From Candidatus Iainarchaeum sp. (GTDB lineage Archaea; Iainarchaeota; Iainarchaeia; Iainarchaeales; CSSED10-239), in the NCBI GenBank assembly GCA_028700905.1, contig JAQVRT010000018.1, positions 1-13,751 of the forward strand: a DNA stretch of 13,751 nt, in the 5' to 3' direction. Positions 11,627 through 13,751 of this stretch are shown in pieces (position 1 is the stretch's first letter; every line of letters starts with the position of its first letter). The notes beneath the pieces were generated by a model. The model made no database searches. It saw only the letters and a program-made list of their open reading frames with translations, and was not told the origin of the DNA. Position numbers and translations under genes: made by a program.

Positions 11627-13751
11627 TTACTCTAAAGCTTCGATAGCGTTGATTAATTCTTTTGCAGCTTCAGCTGTGTCTGCAGCAGAGAATCCAGCAA
11701 CAACGATGTTACCGTTTTCAACAGCACCAACAACATATTGACCAGCTTCTGTTAAGTATTCGTCTGTGATTCCGTTAGCTAAAGCATTAACTAAGTGTCC
11801 ACCAACGATTATCTTAGCACCAGCACTTGTCATTGTTTCGTTGTCAAGGTATACAATTCTTTGTGTACTTGCATTCCAGTTAGCAGGTGTCATAGCTGTC
11901 ATTTCTTCTCCACCAGTTACTGTTGAAGTGATTAATTTAGCTGAGATCATACCGTCTTCTGTTTCAACAACTGTACCAGGAGTAGTTAAAACAAGTTCTC
12001 CACCGTTAAGAGTTACTTCTGAAGATGATCCTCCACCAACGAAGATTTGTCCGTAAAGTTGTTTTTCAGGTATAATTGCAGTAAATTCTCCAGAATTGAT
12101 CATAAATTTAGTTCCGTATTTTGAATATGCCCATGTTAAGTCATCAGAATCGTGAATTCCTAAATCGAATGGTTCAGTTACTTGGAAGTTACCAGATTCC
12201 CAATCATCTGATTCAGTATCTATTAAGTCACCTTCGTAAGCATCGAAGATTGCTTCAATAGTATCTACACCATCAAATAATGCTAATGTGAAAGCAGCTT
12301 CTAATTCTTCTGTAACAACATCGTCAGTTCCAGTTACACTACCTGTAGCAACTAATTGACCAACATATAAAACATCTTTTAAATCTGAATCAGCAGATTC
12401 TCCATTTAAAAGCATATATTCATTATCTCCATCTGTATCATTATTTAAAATCATCCATTCCTTAGAATCTGAACCGTAAACAGAATAATCTAAATCTCCT
12501 GTCTTTAATCCGATAGCGATTTCTTTTGGAAGACTAATAGCAGATTCATTTAAATTTGTGTCTCCGTCAGAAAGATATACACCGTATGTCCATGAACCGT
12601 CACCATCTTCTGCAGGAATTACTAATTCATTCCATCCTTCGTTCATTTCTTGATTTGCTGTGCCGATTAAATCTCCATCTTCATCATTATAATGTACATT
12701 TACATCATAATCATCACCATCTGTTGCAAATGAGAAATAAATTTTATCTCCATCTATTTCTCCATCAGTTGTCCAATCTGCAAATGTGGATGTAGTATCA
12801 TCTTGCTCGTAAATGAATATTGAGTGATCATCATCTGATGCGTCAACATATTCAATAACATTGTCTCCAACAACGAAATCTTCTGTTGATTCTGAAGTTA
12901 ATCCTAAAAATTCAACTTTTAAGAAATCATTTGGTAAAGAAATAGAATCTCCAACTCTTAATGCATCTTCGTCAACAAATTCGAGATCAGATGTGTTTTT
13001 TAAAGTAAATCCGAATAAACTATCAGATCCATCTGTATCTAAAGTAACTTTCCAGAATTCATCTCCAACTTCAGGGAAGTCTTCTAAATCTCCATTTTCA
13101 AGTTCTAATTTACCAGAAGTTCCAACTAAGAATGTTACTCTTGAAGAATATACTTTATCCATTTGTACAACAGAATCTAAATAATCCTCAAAAATTTCAT
13201 CATCGTTACTATCATAAACTTCTGTAGCAACTACATTACCTTCAGCATCTTTTAATGTTAATTCAACATCATATCCTGAATTATCACCAGTATCTAAAAT
13301 ATTAGCTACTTCTACAGTATGACCATCAACTTCAAAAGATTCTCCTTCAGCATAAGCTTGTGTAGATTTACTTTCAAGTAATGTTAATGTTGTTCCATCC
13401 CATTCATCTATTAAATAATTTTTACCCATGAAAGGTATATTTAATGATGGTGAAACTTCATCGTCATCATAATCGACTTCAATTCCTTCATCTAAATCAA
13501 CAGTGTAAGTCATTGTTTCTTTTTCAATAGTTAAAGTTAAATCTCCAACATCTTCATCGTTATCAAATTTGATTAAAGGATTTGTGATTGTGAAAGTGTC
13601 TTCAATAGTTAATTCATCATCTAATGCTGAACCTGCACCGTTACTTGCATCATTATCAGCGTCAACGTCTTCTTCTGTTAATAAAGAATAGTTATCTGAA
13701 TCTAAATCAACATCTTCTATTAATAAAGCTGTTGTTTCTCCGATTACATAA
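11627..13751 (-). CDS. Large, highly acidic secreted surface protein, S-layer-like with a Methanococcales/Thermococcales-type S-layer C-terminal region. The 5-prime end lies beyond the right edge.
   Basis: The track starts it at Met 13513. I translated the same frame by hand from 13514 to 13750 and found no stop (...GETTALLIEDVDLDSDNYSLLTEEDVDADNDASNGAGSALDDELTIEDTFTITNPLIKFDNDEDVGDLTLTIEKET-MTYTV...), so it is 5-prime truncated by the window. It is D/E/T/G-rich and Lys-poor, unlike its neighbours. It has at least 5 N-x-S/T sequons (NTS, NDT, NES, NAS, NET). The C-terminus (AKIIVGGHLVNALANG...NIVVAGFSAADTAEAAKELINAIE) resembles the ...vvGGpavN.la......lvVAG....dT..Aa..L ending of archaeal S-layer proteins. 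Confidence 0.65.
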   Translation of the reverse strand, partial: YVIGETTALLIEDVDLDSDNYSLLTEEDVDADNDASNGAGSALDDELTIEDTFTITNPLIKFDNDEDVGDLTLTIEKETMTYTVDLDEGIEVDYDDDEVSPSLNIPFMGKNYLIDEWDGTTLTLLESKSTQAYAEGESFEVDGHTVEVANILDTGDNSGYDVELTLKDAEGNVVATEVYDSNDDEIFEDYLDSVVQMDKVYSSRVTFLVGTSGKLELENGDLEDFPEVGDEFWKVTLDTDGSDSLFGFTLKNTSDLEFVDEDALRVGDSISLPNDFLKVEFLGLTSESTEDFVVGDNVIEYVDASDDDHSIFIYEQDDTTSTFADWTTDGEIDGDKIYFSFATDGDDYDVNVHYNDEDGDLIGTANQEMNEGWNELVIPAEDGDGSWTYGVYLSDGDTNLNESAISLPKEIAIGLKTGDLDYSVYGSDSKEWMILNNDTDGDNEYMLLNGESADSDLKDVLYVGQLVATGSVTGTDDVVTEELEAAFTLALFDGVDTIEAIFDAYEGDLIDTESDDWESGNFQVTEPFDLGIHDSDDLTWAYSKYGTKFMINSGEFTAIIPEKQLYGQIFVGGGSSSEVTLNGGELVLTTPGTVVETEDGMISAKLITSTVTGGEEMTAMTPANWNASTQRIVYLDNETMTSAGAKIIVGGHLVNALANGITDEYLTEAGQYVVGAVENGNIVVAGFSAADTAEAAKELINAIEALE

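Noticed and set aside
11766-13184. Three plus-strand ORFs (11766..12056, 12556..12795, 12861..13184) antisense to the S-layer-like gene
   Set aside because: The GAT/GGT/GTT-rich coding strand leaves the antisense frames free of stop codons. The translations are Pro/Ser/His/Leu-rich low-complexity strings. They are artefacts of the host gene's composition.

Overview
By eye this is a very AT-rich (about 25-30% GC), lysine-rich and gene-dense window that looks archaeal, possibly from a small-genome or DPANN-like lineage. The archaeal call rests on an RPA41-type replication protein A, a FlaI/PilB-type secretion ATPase, an acidic S-layer-like protein, TATA-box-like elements about 25-30 nt upstream of several start codons, and GGTGA-type Shine-Dalgarno motifs upstream of others. 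From left to right on the minus strand: the N-terminal stub of a Wzx-like flippase, CorA, a basic ORFan, RPA, and two tiny membrane or secreted proteins. On the plus strand: a Pol-beta/MNT-type nucleotidyltransferase fused to what I read as a catalytically eroded Nudix-like domain, then a 770-aa type IV pilus/archaellum-family ATPase with a Cys/His-rich N-terminal extension, then a small UPF0175-like HTH protein. The minus strand then resumes with a COG1373 AAA+/DUF4143 ATPase, a small polytopic membrane protein, a basic ORFan, and a large acidic S-layer-like protein that stays open to the right edge. I found no rRNA, tRNA, CRISPR array or transposase. Four items seem most worth follow-up. (1) The NTase/pseudo-Nudix fusion. 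(2) A 220-bp noncoding island upstream of the COG1373 ATPase, with relatively GC-rich imperfect repeats at a 33-bp period bracketed by palindromic TATA-like elements. (3) The secretion ATPase, which has no membrane partner gene in the window and carries three CxxC motifs. (4) A tiny secreted protein containing an exact 44-bp duplication. All family assignments come from motif recognition by eye. No database search was run.
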